Shown here piece after piece: positions 1-30,295 of a stretch of 64,000 nt of DNA (positions are counted from its first letter, which is position 1; each line of letters starts with the position of its first letter). Under the pieces are notes generated by a model. It was not told where the DNA came from. It searched no databases and saw nothing but the letters and a program-made list of their open reading frames with translations. The DNA comes from Phoronis australis. Lineage: Eukaryota; Animalia; Phoronida. The stretch is from contig NMRA01000046.1 in NCBI GenBank assembly GCA_002633005.1, forward strand, positions 933,314 to 997,313, written 5' to 3'. A program made the position numbers and the translations under genes.

Positions 1-180
1 AGGTATATACATGTAAGTAGTATGTAATAAAAGTATTCCAATATTTAGATATGCTATTACGAACGTATAAAAACAAAAACATGTATAGATACATGTATGG
101 AAATCAGAAGCAACAATATTTATAAGCGATACATAAAAATTTGCTAACGTTGCTTAAGAGGAATTCATTGAGAACAAAGT

Positions 181-2570
181 CAGGGCTCGACGCTATTAAA
201 ATCGCCAGGTCGCAATTTGCAATCTAGCCAATATCCCAGGTCGCATTTTCAAAATCCAGCTCGCATTCATAAATGCCAGGTCGCAAAATTTTCTTGCCAT
301 TTTTACGCGCCAAAATTGACTTTTTAGATAATTGAGAAATGTTTATATTAATAATATGCGTTAAACACTCACAAATTGCAGTTCGTTTATGCAGGTACTG
401 CGTTACTGTTCTTCACGACCGCCATTGAAAGAATCTAGAGCGCACAGCAAGTTGTCGACGTGAAAGTTGAGTCAGTGCTCTCTAACTGAAATGTGCATTC
501 GTGTAGCTAAGTTTTCAATGTAAAAAGGGAGAAAATGCCTGTTGAAAAAGTATCCACCATTTTGTTAGTTCTCACCTGCTACTGGGTGTCATCAAAGTTG
601 TTAAAGATCCACAAACTAACTCGGAGTGCTAATTCCCTCCACTTTTTGTTCGCAGCCCAAATTTTACAACTTAACTCGACGTTTGAAAAACATCTGTCAA
701 AAAACAATCCGTGAAACGGTGCCCTAACCGAATGACGTATTTGGATGCGTGGGAACAATTCAGTGCATATTTCACAACAAAAATGTGACACTTATGCTGT
801 GTACGTACTCAACAATTAGTTTTCCATGAAATGAATAGCTTTTTTTATTTGAAATAATTCCCGATTCCGTGCGGGTTTCCATCGGTTAACTCGAGTTTGC
901 TCCTCAATACCTTCCAAGTGCGGGAAAAATAGGTCAGTCACAAAACGACACGCATGTCACTAGTGTTAAATTTCTTTCGGAGGCATGAAACAAAGCCGGG
1001 AATTGGTTTTTACATATTGAGAAAAGACGCTTTTTGAATTTGTTGTGTAAAATGAGAGTGACACTCTATACAGGCTGCGTGTCACTTTTAAACCACGCGC
1101 GGTCATTTGTAGTACGCTGTGATGAGCGCTAGCCTGAAATGTGGGCCCTTAATTGGAAATTCTCAAAAGTTGAGGGGGAACACTTAGTAGGTCAGTGAGC
1201 GCTTATTATGAAACACTTCAAAGGTAGGGAGTAGACTTGTGCTTGATCACAGTCGTTAGCCTCTAGTACCCGGTTAGTTGCAATAGCTGGCTACGGGAAT
1301 AGAATATAGAGAAAATCGACCTCGGAGAGCATCGCATGCTCGCACCCAAGGGGTTCGGGGGGGCTCGAAGGAGGCCCCCCCTTTGGCGAAGTGGGCACAA
1401 AGATCCGCCTGTGAGAAACAAAATGTCCGAGAAAATGAGACAAAAGTCCGCTAAACAAATACAAACACGCAATTCAGAGCGGTGCGTCCGCTCTTTTTAG
1501 TCCGCCGGCTGTTTTGTTACCAAAAGGTCCACAACATTAGGAATACGAGCCCCCCATATTGAAGGCTGGGTGCGCGCATGCATCGTCACAGGAAAATATC
1601 AATTCTGGGTTATATCGATTCCCGGGAATGTCGTAAAGCATCGGGTTTTTTTATAACCGCCGGGAATCTGTGAGTTCATATTCAATTAAACCACTGGCAC
1701 GTACGCGGGTGCTTAACAGAGCCAAGCCGGTATACCCTTTCATTTGGGACTGTCACTGTTCTCTTTTGATGTGCAGCTTGGAAGTGGTGCGCACGCGCGA
1801 GTTCACGCACTTGAATCGCTGGAGTAGGCCTACACTTTACGTTGGCAACAACGTGTGAATGACAAATCATATTTCGCGCACGTAGCCCGAGAAACAAATA
1901 AAGGGGTTAGAGAACTTCTAGGCATCTGAAAGTAAAGACGTGGCCGTCGTTTGGCGATTAATAGAGTTGACGTTTTCACTTTGGCTGTCTTCTGCGATAA
2001 AAAAACGAGACGCACATCTCTAAGTCACGACCAGTGCCACAGTGCGATATCAGGGATATATTGTCGTGGATATTTGGTACATGTAATAAGGACATCTTAC
2101 GCAAAAAATAAACATATTTCTCCATCACAAAGTTTGGTAAGTTGATCACTTAATAATAGAAACATCGCTGTTTTTGTGACGTTTTCTCACGTGTTATGCA
2201 GTGGCCCGAAACTTTCTTCGACGAATCCGAAAATTTACAAACGTAGCCGAAAATGCTAGCCAATGAAACGCGTCAAAGATCTATTTTGCATATCCCATGT
2301 TCACGCGGCTTGTTTACAAGTTGTCGGGAGGGTTGTTCTCGCTTAGTGTTCTTTTGAACTTGGATTTGGCAACAACCAAATAACGGTCAGATTCACAAGA
2401 GTTGCTTTATATTCGCCAGGTATCTGTCGAGAAGTGTAAAAACTCAGCTCGCATACGTTGAAAATTCCAGGTCGCATCTTGCGAGTTGATACGAGCTGAC
2501 AAAAATCTCAGCTCGCATTTCCAAATTTCAGGTCGCAAATGCGACCTCCAGCTCGTTATGTCGAGCCCTG
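181..2570. mobile_element. Non-autonomous hAT-like DNA transposon with 5-bp TSD (hAT5-like)
   Basis: TIR CAGGGCTCGAC (181-191) / GTCGAGCCCTG (2560-2570). Flanking direct repeat AAAGT (176-180, 2571-2575). Subterminal CAGGTCGCA/CAGCTCGCA repeats at both ends. CpG-rich, no long ORF. Confidence 0.85.
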
Positions 2571-3711
2571 AAAGTCAAAGTTAGGACTACCATTCAATAA
2601 TAATGTTACTTTAGTAGGGATATTATTACAAGAATTGAGAGCTTTTACAAGTGATTGGTTTTCATTGAGTGCACAAACTGTCTACCTCAGGTGGTGACAT
2701 TCTGCTGTCTGTCTACATATACGAACTTCAATTTGCAAAAACTTTAATGACAATTTTTGTCACTGTCATTTGCTTATAGTTGAATCTTATTTTACTAACG
2801 GATGGAATTCAAAATAGAAAAATTGACTAAAAACTAAAACTGAATAGCCATTTCCCAGTATAACAAGAACATGTTTATTTAGAAATAAGCTGTGTCTGTT
2901 ACAAGCTTTTGGAAGAAGATTATTTGGACAAGTACTCTGAGTTACAGTTCAGGTTTGCCTTGGATGAAGGTTTACTGCAGTTTCAGGTTTTTTTAATAAT
3001 TCTCAATCATCACTATTTTGACAGCCAATTTTCTCTAATAACATTGCTATTGAATGCAAGACTGGCTTCTGCTAATTCTAGTGCCCTGAGTCCTCTTGCA
3101 AGTTGGGAACAACACACACTCATGTGTTGGCACACTGTGCACTAACTGACCAACGCACATTGCAATAATGAAAAGAACGTATACATGGAATGCAGAAATA
3201 AATGTAAGAGTTTGTAATGTTGTTTTGAACTTATGAGAGGACTGGGAAGAAGTCAGAATCAAGAGGATCCAGTATATGTTCAATAGTTGTGTCTTGCATT
3301 GAGAGATCATCTCTCTTTCAAGTCACCAAAAGTCTGATATTGAAACATGTCCATTAGTGAATTGTCTTTTCAACTACACTTAGTGATTCACTCTGACTTA
3401 ATTCACTTTGAGTTTTCGGAACACTAAAGTTTTTTTTGTTGGATGTTTGCTTTCCCACTTTCTGGAGAATAATATTACTAAAGCCCTGTTTCTGAGTAAA
3501 TAAAATTACATGACAATTTCTGATGCCTCCAGAAAGTAACTGAATATAGTGACATCAGTTTGTTGAGGCTGGCTTGAATGTCAGACTGAAATTGTGAAGT
3601 GTATATCGTTTAATGCGTCGTCATGAATTTAAAGGCGAGTGTTGATTGGCTGAACAATAATTTAACTCAAGTCATATATGGTATCCATTGTGTAACATTT
3701 ATATTTTCAAG

Positions 3712-21158
<17,447 letters not shown>

Positions 21159-21508
21159 CCTCGGACTCCACGTAGTACTGGTCGTGGAGGGAGAGGGTCT
21201 TTTAAACTTCTTGTTGTCTTTCTAGTCAACTTGTCTCTATATTTATCAAATTTTAACACTACATTCCTCTTGGATTGTTCACAAATGGAATCAATTTTGA
21301 ATGTCAGTCTGAATTGATACCAGTTTGTGGTTTTTAATAATAATTATATTTACAATATGACTTGAGATAATCCCACTTGAAGTGTCATTAAATTGAATAT
21401 CTGTACAGTTGAACTAGCTTTAAAGTGAACCAGTTTCAAGTTGAACAACTACTGAGAAGCATTCTCTGTCCATAATAAATAAGTCCAAGGCCCGGCTAAA
21501 CACTTCTT

Positions 21509-21586
21509 CTATATTCTCTCTGACAACCAGATGGCAGCCTTACAGCCAATTTTTATGGCTTGAGACATTGACTTGTAAAATGGAGC
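21509..21586 (-). CDS. COQ7: COQ7 last coding exon
   Basis: [28 protein letters not shown]. Confidence 0.94.
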   Translation of the reverse strand, partial: APFYKSMSQAIKIGCKAAIWLSERI

Positions 21587-24500
21587 CTAGAAATACAAAG
21601 AAATTATTACTAATTTACAATGCGGTACTTTTTAATGAAATACGTGAGTGGGTGTAACTTAGGTTTTGGTAATGGAACATATTTGGAAATGTAGTGATTT
21701 TACGAGATTTATTTTTGAAAAGTAGTAAGTGCTGCATGAAATTCTTTGTTAAAAATAACTTGCCATCTCAAACTGTTGGACAGATTAGAGGTGATTTTGA
21801 GCTTAATAGGGAAAACAACAATAAACAATACAGCATTCACATGCCGTGGGATTGGAAGACAGATGGGAAATCTGATCTGCAGTCTGAAAACATTTTCACA
21901 TGCAAATTCACACCAGACATCTGAGCAGCCTTCTTATCATCAGACTCCAAATTGGACAGCTGCCACATGAAGCCTACATTCCAATAACGTTATATGTGGT
22001 TAGATTCTGCATGTGATTAGCCAGAATAAAAACAATTTGTTAATTACTTCTATGTTAATTTTTCAAAAGACAGCAGATAGGATGCCTTTGTGAACCCTCA
22101 TTTTAAATGTGTAATCTGCATTGGGATCAGATGTCTTATCTACTTCTGAACGCCGTTTTAGTCTGCTTGGCGTATCTTGTCATTTATGTACAGAAAGCAT
22201 TATGGCTAATTTACCAACAACCTCACACAGCCTTCTGTCATAGCACCTGCCAGGGTGGCCAGCCATATTGCTTTCTGCACACAAGATGACTCTCACAAAG
22301 TCAACGTATTGAGCAGTATTACATGTCACTTTTCCCCGAGCCCTGAAATCTTGTAATTCAAGTGAGAACAAGTTGAGACTAATTTTAGACCAATAGATGG
22401 TCTGAATCAAAAGCTACGTTTTCATAAAAAGCGTGTACATAGCTGCATCATAGAGTGAATGTGAGTGAATGAATTCATTAAGTTGAAACACATTCTAGAT
22501 TACAACTACAGTGTCAGCAACTCACAGCAGTTATGTTAAGTAAGAAGCTAATGACTTTAATAATAGGTTAAAAGGTAATCTACTCTACTGGTTGTGTGAC
22601 AAAAAATATTTAGTACCAGCATTATAGAATATGGCAGTTGAGTAGAATATGTGCAAGCCATACAGTATGATAGCCTCGATAAATATTCTATGCAATGCAC
22701 GATTGGTCATGTTTTACTGTGGTTTCTTCAAATATTTATCAACTCGGAGCAAAGAAAATACAGGGTGTAATAACTCACTTGTTCAGCATTGTGCTCTATA
22801 CCAGTGTCCAGGTGTTCCAACTCTTCATCTCGAAACTGACGAATGGTCTGCAAAGGAATTAAACGAAGTCAATGTTGAAAAAGAAGATCCACAACAGGAA
22901 ACTTGATGGATTTTCAAAAACGCACATTTGGGTATTTTTGTGTGTAAATTGCTTGTGATGAATCATTGGATGCAAGTTTGAAGGGTAATAAAGTGGTCTA
23001 CTTACTACCAACGTTTCTTATGTGCAGCTGGTCAGACTTTGCATATACTTACACAAAAAAGAAATTTGAAGTCAAGCTTACAACACAGTGCTGGAACAGA
23101 AACTATAGATGCCCACTCTTTAACAGAATCCAGGCATACGGGACAAATTCAATGAATGGGGTAGTGTCTGTATGGACATACACAACACTTGATCTCAAAG
23201 CCAACATGACCTGAAAGCTTTCGTACACTACCTGCATGAGTTCGTGGTGTTTTTCAGGGTCATCCTTCATAAGAGCTCTCAACTGGCTGAAAAGGACAAA
23301 ATATTAGGCAACTTGGGTATCGGAACGAAGCTCGTTCTAAGGTAACATTACGAAGATGCAGTTACATGCAGTAAGTGCTACTTCAATATCAATTCTATTC
23401 AGAGTGGTGAACAATTTTGTCGCGTCTTCATCACCCGCGTACAGTGCAGCAACTACAGACTGAACTGTTCAAGCTGACGACATGTCTTGTCTCGAATCTC
23501 ACACCATGAACTTAGTAATGATAACGCACTCAAGTCAAGTGTTCCTTTTTTCCTCTTCTAAGTATGGCCAGTCCACAAACATTCTAAAACCCTAAGAGAT
23601 TTAACTTGCTATTCTATTCTGATGAACTAATAAAAGATTCCTGTGTCCTAATCTGGTGCTTATTTTGACTGTTAATTTATAAGTTAGGCAGAGTTAGTGA
23701 ACTGGTATCAGAATCGAAATGCACAAAATTTGGCAATAGTGAACTGATATCAGGATCAAAATACACAAAATTTGACAATAGCTCAAAGTGCAGTAAAACT
23801 ACAGTCCTAATCACCCAATGAACACATTCAAGTGGTCGTGTGGAAATTTGATTCCATACAGGTAATCGTGCCTGGACTAGAAAGAACAGGTCTCTCTTTT
23901 TTATTAATTTTAATAATATATACAGAGGATCCCTTATTTTTTAAAGCAATCAAAGTGAATATGCAGTCTCCAATAGGGTGGATCTGGATAGATGACTTTG
24001 TCCTGGAGGTATGAAAACACGTAGTTACGTTAGCGTATTGTGAAAATATTTCCGATTTTAACCCTTTGAAAGCACTACAAGAAACACTTGCCAGAGAATT
24101 CAGTGTATTGGACAGAGGTAGCTTTTGAAATCCAGTCGTCCGACAATCACAGTGAAAGTTTGAAACAAAGACATACTGTAACTTACAGTGGTTGCTTATG
24201 GAAAATTGTAGTTTTGCCTCACTTTGGAAGGAAAGAATCGGTTGTTCTTACAACTTAAAATGTCTACCTATATTATAGACTGGAGATGTCTTTTTACATT
24301 TACTGATTAAATATGTGGTCAGAAAAGCAAAGAACGAAACATCACGCATCCACAGATACTTTAAAGTTTGTCCAAATTTCTATTGTCCAAGTAGCAGCCC
24401 ACAGTGCAGTAAAACTTTGCTCTCATTGGAATGTCGAATACAGTCAATGCAGTGGAGGAAAACTTGAAAAAACCAAAGCACCAACAAATAATATGACAAA

Positions 24501-27272
24501 CTTCAACGGTGCAAAAATGAGACAAGAGAACTGGTTGAAGGACGTTGTAGCATTGTTAATAAATACTCTGTGTAATCCTGGACTGTCCTATTGGCAGCAC
24601 ATTGATACACTATAATGAATACTAGGTGTTCATGGGCACTAAAGAAGGGACACTTTCTCTTTACTCACCATGTAAAGCTCTAATTGTAAACCAGGTTAAT
24701 TAACCATATAAAATATGACTTGAACCGTCCAAAACCAGTGCCTTGTTCCCCTTAAGGACAAGAGCAACGCAGAGCACTGAAATGCACCCAAATGGTGTTG
24801 CTTCTAGGGGTGTTTTGTCACAAAAAGGGCCACTAGATGGCACAGAATACATTGAACTCATCCAAAAATGAGAAGCTATTGTCTCTCAAAACAAGTTGCC
24901 AAAGTTCATGAAAATCAGTTTCTATAGTTCAGTAGTAGCCCTTTGTTTACACAAACTTCATTAAAGACACGACTAGACTTTTTGTCAGCGAGCTCGATAC
25001 TGGTACATTAGTAACTTCGGAACAGTCTCCTTTCTTCAGGTGTGCAGGTATGAAGTAAAATACCGAGAGACATAACGAACAACCATATAAAAACAGTAGC
25101 TACATTTCGTGACTTCATGTCATACCATCAGGAATGAGTGGAATGAACATAAACATAGCGAAATAAACAGTGAAATACACGTAACAGTGTGAAGAGAGGC
25201 ATACAAGCAGAGAGTGTGAATGCAACACATGGTAGGAAGCCCGCAACCCTATCGAAACAGAGCCAATGTGTGACACACACCTGTGAGATGTTCATTCAAC
25301 ACAGGTTTTTCGTGATTGATCAATAGCGATTCCAAAATCTTTAGCCGAAATGGCATTTTCAACATATTGTCTACTATTTCTTGCCTAGTTATTTTTCGGC
25401 CATGTTGGTGTACAAAGTGATCTTGAATGGACCCCCCTGCAAGTGCATGGACAACCATTGCGAGAGAGAACACACCGTGTGTCCAATGTAACGCTGTTCA
25501 TGAGAATGTCTGTGCTTTCTCATGAGGGAATTCCCTCCCTGCCACCAGTTGTTGGTACCTGTCTAATGTAGCCATGTGTATTTGAGCTCATTTAAAGGTG
25601 TTGTCTCAATGCTAAGACCACCCCGACCCAGATTTGGACTGACCTCAGGAGGGGGTGCTGAGATGTGAATCAAGGACTTCATGAATGACTTCTCACATAA
25701 TCAACCCTGAACTCAGTTGCTAGGTACTAATCCATGTCCTGTTATCCACAGAGGTTGTAAGGCATGGCTATGGGAAGTGTGAACTTTCACAATATAAAAC
25801 CTGATACCCAATGTGTTTGAAAAAATTCAAACCTTGAGGGGAATTTTGGGGGCTTGTTAGGGTAATTCAATGATTTTCACAAAGGAATGATGCCGATGTT
25901 TGACCGTAAAATCGAAGCAACAAGGGCCTGAAACCATATTTATCTCTTAACACACCACTGGCTAGTAAATACTAAGTGTCAATTTTACAAAAACTTTGAC
26001 AAGGTTGGCCAACCCTTCCAAGCTTGGATTACTTTGAACTTGGTTGACATTTTTAGTCAGTTTCCTGATTTCCATATTTAGGTTGTATGTAGCAAGAAAA
26101 TGCTCTTTAAACATATAGTACAACATTGTTAGACGACGTATATATACCTATACATACTTGTCATAGTGTTCACCTATAGTCTCCTCTACAGCTACTGTGC
26201 ATGCCATGGCTGCTTCTTTACCAAGCAATGCTGTGCCAGCACCTTGGGGAAAATAATGCAATTACACAATTACAACAGCAGTAGCAACAGCTGACATGGA
26301 AAGACATTTGAATCCAGTTAAGCTAAGAAATATTAATAAACCATTTAGTAGGAAATAATGTTAAATGCAGCACCTTGTAGAATCTTGTGATCACATGCAA
26401 AAATGTATATCTTTGAAGTTTTAAAGCCTCCGTCTTTAAAAAGATAATTCGAGACAAAACGATTTAGTTCTTCAGAACTCAGCGTATTGGTGATTAATGA
26501 ACAATGAGTTATTAAGGTATTGTTGGAAAACTAAGACCATACGGCTGAACACCGTGATGAGTATTTTATGGCATCGTTCTTCTTACCCAGTGCAAAGCCT
26601 GCAATATTCCAAAGTGGTGTTAATACAGTTGGCCGAACTCTGTGTTCTGGGATAAGTTTTTCAAAAGTAGCCAGGTGGTGTTTTTCCTGCTCTTGCATAT
26701 GCTGAAACGTTGAACAAAGCCTAGTGACGCACAGAATATTGTACTCGTCTGGGTTAAAGCCCAGGGCGCTCAAATTGGGATACAAAAAATCGGGAGATGA
26801 GCATTCACTCTAACAATGAATGCCATGACCACTTCTGCAATCAAGTACAACATTATAATGCACATGACACAAAAGAGCCAGACAAGAAGTAATCGTTAAG
26901 ATACTTTCGAACCCTTAAAGGGTTTTGGAGATACAAATAAGAGATAATGGCATATACGTGGCAATTATTTCTATTCCAAATTGGAAATCTTTAAAGGAGA
27001 TAATCAGGTAAAAATTCAATTACCACATCTTAAATATAATTAATTGAAATGAAAAAAAGCCCTTACATCAATACCTTTATTGTTTTTCCAACTGATGTGT
27101 TGCCTAACACAGCCAATTGACCTTGGTAGATTTTGTCAGCTCCAAGTTCTCCCGCATGATCAACTCTAATGATACGATCCAGGAGTGTCTGGGTTTTCTT
27201 TTGTGAAGCCTTGCTAGTCACCCCTCGGAAGCCGAGCCTTACGTTACAAAGAACATGTCTTGATGAATGCAT
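21509..27272 (-). CDS. COQ7: 5-demethoxyubiquinone hydroxylase (CLK-1/COQ7), 6 coding exons: 27272-27075, 26701-26587, 26242-26158, 23286-23232, 22847-22779, 21586-21509. Start codon uncertain and may lie in an upstream exon.
   Basis: [96 protein letters not shown]-stop. Di-iron ExxH motifs, consistent phases, basic N-terminus resembling a mitochondrial presequence. Confidence 0.95.
22779..22847 (-). CDS. COQ7: COQ7 exon
   Basis: [23 protein letters not shown]|gtgagt. Confidence 0.95.
23232..23286 (-). CDS. COQ7: COQ7 exon
   Basis: [19 protein letters not shown]|gtagtg. Confidence 0.93.
24759..24925 (-). mobile_element. HINE-like 3' fragment
   Basis: Reverse complement of the GTGCCATCTAGTGGCC..GTTGCTCTTGT end of the same family. 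Confidence 0.6.
26158..26242 (-). CDS. COQ7: COQ7 exon
   Basis: [28 protein letters not shown]|gtatgt. Confidence 0.95.
26587..26701 (-). CDS. COQ7: COQ7 exon
   Basis: [38 protein letters not shown]|gtaaga. Confidence 0.95.
27075..27272 (-). CDS. COQ7: COQ7 coding exon (acceptor at 27290 or 27274)
   Basis: [53 protein letters not shown]|gtattg. Confidence 0.9.
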
Positions 27273-27770
27273 TTCTGAGACCAGATTTAACTGAAAGTGC
27301 AAAAGAAACATGTTTAAAGTGTTTTGTTTACGATCAAGTTGAGGATTGTTTCTATACTAACAAAAGCAAAGGAAAATGTGCTGATTCAGTGACATATTTT
27401 GGATTGTCAAAAATTACCCACAGCACTGCACTTCATATTTAGATCATCCCTAATCAGAGTGTTAGACTTCAATAATAAACAATAAACTAAGGTCAGAACA
27501 GCATAGTTAGTTGGCTCTGGTCTGTACCGCAACTCACGTTGAGACGTGATCACACAAACTTATACATGATTGGATGTGTTAAAATTTTTATGTAAGTTTT
27601 GTTGCGAAAAGGCAGTAAATAGTTGCGGCAAATTGAAAAAAGCAAACTTTGCATAAATTGACAAATTCTTACCCACAATGTTCACGGGATGTGTTTTGAT
27701 GTTCAATTATACAGTGCAGCTAGTTGGCTGACTAGGAATTAAGCATACCGGTATATGGACTACAATAGAT

Positions 27771-27901
27771 TTGTAGATGTGCTTCTAGTGAATAAACCTC
27801 AGTTAGTTACACGTTAATGGACAATTGGCTATTAGTTGAATGGTTAGCACGCTTGCCAGTTTTATCAGGGTTGCTGGTTCGATTCCCGGGGGTATCTCGG
27901 C
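27771..27901 (+). repeat. tRNA-derived (SINE-like) repeat, copy 1
   Basis: A-box-like TAGTTGAATGG and B-box GGTTCGATTCC. Related to 28092-28232 and 30296-30437. Confidence 0.6.
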
Positions 27902-28091
27902 ATTTGTTAGAATTGGCATAGTCGGCGAACGGATGACCTACCGATAAAGCACTGCCAGCTAATACTTGCGGACCCTAGACGACGTGCATGATGTGATAAT
28001 GGTAAAAATTCCATGAGTCAAGCACCTGTATAAAAAACAACATTGTATTCACCTTCCTGGTGGTGCACATGTTCCATAGGAAGGGGAGAAT

Positions 28092-28232
28092 GTTGTATAC
28101 ATATGTGCTTCCACAAGGAGCATCCGTTAGCCACTCACTAATGGGCAACTGCCTATTAGCTAAATAGCAAGTTAGCATGCTTGCTGGTTTTATCCAAGTC
28201 GCTAGTTTGATTCCTGTGTTGGCTGATCTCGC
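28092..28232 (+). repeat. tRNA-derived (SINE-like) repeat, copy 2, degenerate
   Basis: Aligns with copies 1 and 3. Confidence 0.55.
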
Positions 28233-28626
28233 CAATTACCTATTAACCAAACTTTAAGGCAGCTATAAACCTGAGACAGCACCATCATATCTACTGGCCC
28301 CAGTAGAGACAATGGCCATCCCATAAGGCTGCCATGCACTGGAAGATTTTGGTGATTTATGCATCACACTGATTAGACAATCAAAGGCATGGTGCAAAAG
28401 TACCTTTAGCGCACAGATTCAGTTGCTCAAATCGGATTTTGGCCATTTTTACACTTCTCAAACCAAGAAGGATGACGCCGTGCCCCCTTACGCCTAGATA
28501 TAATGCTTTCTAACCTTTTCTGGGATGAACTCGTATTATTGTACATTGTATTTTTCGTAATAAACAATAAAAAAGAGATTGGGTCTCCGGCAATTACAAA
28601 CTTTTAGTTGAATAATGTACAGTTAC

Positions 28627-28720
28627 CTTTCAGAGTCATGAAGTTCATGGAAACCCCTAGCCTTTGGTCTCATCTTGAGACCTTCGTAGGGTATAATGGC
28701 AGGTAACTGGAGCGCCATCC
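28627..28720 (-). other. COQ7: Candidate first exon of COQ7 (5'UTR or short coding)
   Basis: AAG|gtaact donor at 28626 at the edge of the CpG-rich region. ATGs at 28718 and 28648; the latter (MNFMTLK) is in phase with an acceptor at 27274. Confidence 0.4.
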
Positions 28721-28773
28721 GTATCTGTTACGTCATCGTTGTCAGGTGTCATGCGATGTGACCCGTCAGATTT

Positions 28774-28867
28774 TCGAGAATAAATTCTGGTAGATGGTGG
28801 GAAGATCGTAGCCCGAGTCTCTATTGAGTGATGGATCTTCCTGCCATCTACCAGAACTTAGTCCCGA
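28774..28867. repeat. Inverted repeat/hairpin (34-bp arms, 26-nt loop)
   Basis: TCGAGAATAAATTCTGGTAGATGGTGGGAAGATC vs GATCTTCCTGCCATCTACCAGAACTTAGTCCCGA. Confidence 0.8.
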
Positions 28868-29136
28868 CGTTTTTTCAAATATATGTTTTATCTAGTGCAC
28901 TGCAGACAGCAACTCAGCGCGGCAGACCACGTCGCTAAAAGTGGAGGCATTGAAGCCAGCGGGGTTCTTAAACTTTGCGAACATGGGAAGAAAATAAAGT
29001 GACAAAACGTTCAAGTATTATATTTTGAAGTAAATCCATGACCCGAGACAAGAATTCGTTACTTGTACTATTAATTCACATTGCCAAACCGCCGGCTCGG
29101 AGGCCCTCATTGCACTCTAGTTGTGATCATCGATCT

Positions 29137-30290
29137 AAAAGTCGGGCAATCGCGCGTTTGCGTAGCACTGGGCGCTAAATCTTCAATCTTTAAAAGTCGT
29201 CGGCAATGACCATTGCCTCTGTTGGCCCGAACCAGAGGCGATGCAGAGGCTATAGGCGCTCTGTACGCCGGAAGCTTTTCGGCAAATTATGCCTCGCACC
29301 GACTAAACCATCAAAGTCACGTTGTTATAAATATCTTTTGCGCATAGAGGAACACCTTAGGAGGTTGTCGATGTGTTTAATTCCTTCCAACTCGAACAAC
29401 TACTCCCGTTATGAAACTTTTTCTTTGAGCAGTCCCTATTTCAGTTCCCAAAATCGTGAAATCAACATTTTCATTTTTTTAACCAGGCCGAAGGTCAGAA
29501 GTTGCGGACCTACCGGCGAACTTTGAAAGCTGAAGTTCCCGCCCTTCGCGTACGTGCTGCCGGGAACCAGCCGTGCATTTGCTGTGTTGTTAAACATTAA
29601 AATGTCAAATATGTGCACGACTATTAAATGTCGTATCAACAGCATTTATTTTTATCAAATATAAACAATAATTCATTGAAATACAATCAGTTTCAAGTAA
29701 CGCCAATTAAAGACAAGTATAAGTGGTGGCATTTTGGAAACGAACATTTGAATGACAAGACCGCAATGGCTCACCTTTGGCCTATTTAAAGATTGAGGTC
29801 ATGAAGTCACATCACCTAGCGAGCGCGGTAAAAATTGGAGCGTGCGCAGTATAAAAATGGTGAGTTCACGATTTTGGGAACTGAAATAGGGACTGCTCGA
29901 AGAAAAAGTTTGATAATGGGAGTATTTGTTCGAGTTGGAAGGAATTAAACACATCGACAACCTCCTCAGGTGTTCCTCTATGCGCAAAAGGTATTTATAA
30001 CAACGTGACTCTGATGGTTTAGTCGGTGTGAGGCATAATTCGCCGAAAAGCTCCCGGCGTACAGAGCGCCTATAGCCTCTGCATCGCCTCTGGTTCGGGC
30101 CAACAGAGGCGATGGTCATCGCCTATAAAAGTCGGGAATGGGCACTTAACCGAGAGGTGGGCGTTCAACTGGAAATCATCAAAAATCGCAGATGGGCTGT
30201 TAACCGAGCAATGGGCGGTTAAATTGAAAATCCAAATAAAGTAGGGGGTGGGCGGTTAACGGAGCATGGGCGTTAACCTGAACGTTTAGG
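29137..30290 (-). mobile_element. Tc2/pogo-like MITE host, interrupted by the MULE-like element (left limit undetermined)
   Basis: 29137-29199 plus 30126-30290 is the reverse complement of the contiguous 63781-64000 copy. Confidence 0.75.
29200..30125. mobile_element. Long-TIR MITE with 9-bp TSD (Mutator/MULE-like)
   Basis: About 275-bp inverted arms (29200-29474 / 29851-30125). TSD TAAAAGTCG at 29191-29199 and 30126-30134. Confidence 0.88.
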
Positions 30291-30295
30291 TAATA

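Noticed and set aside
2909-3145. ORF with LDKYS resembling the preceding PCYT2 exon (LDKYNCDFCVHG)
   Set aside because: Lacks CDFCVHG and suitable splice sites. The true upstream exon is probably outside the window.
29206-30119. Twin 106-aa ORFs MTIASVGPNQRR on opposite strands
   Set aside because: They are the two arms of one terminal inverted repeat, with no recognisable protein motif.
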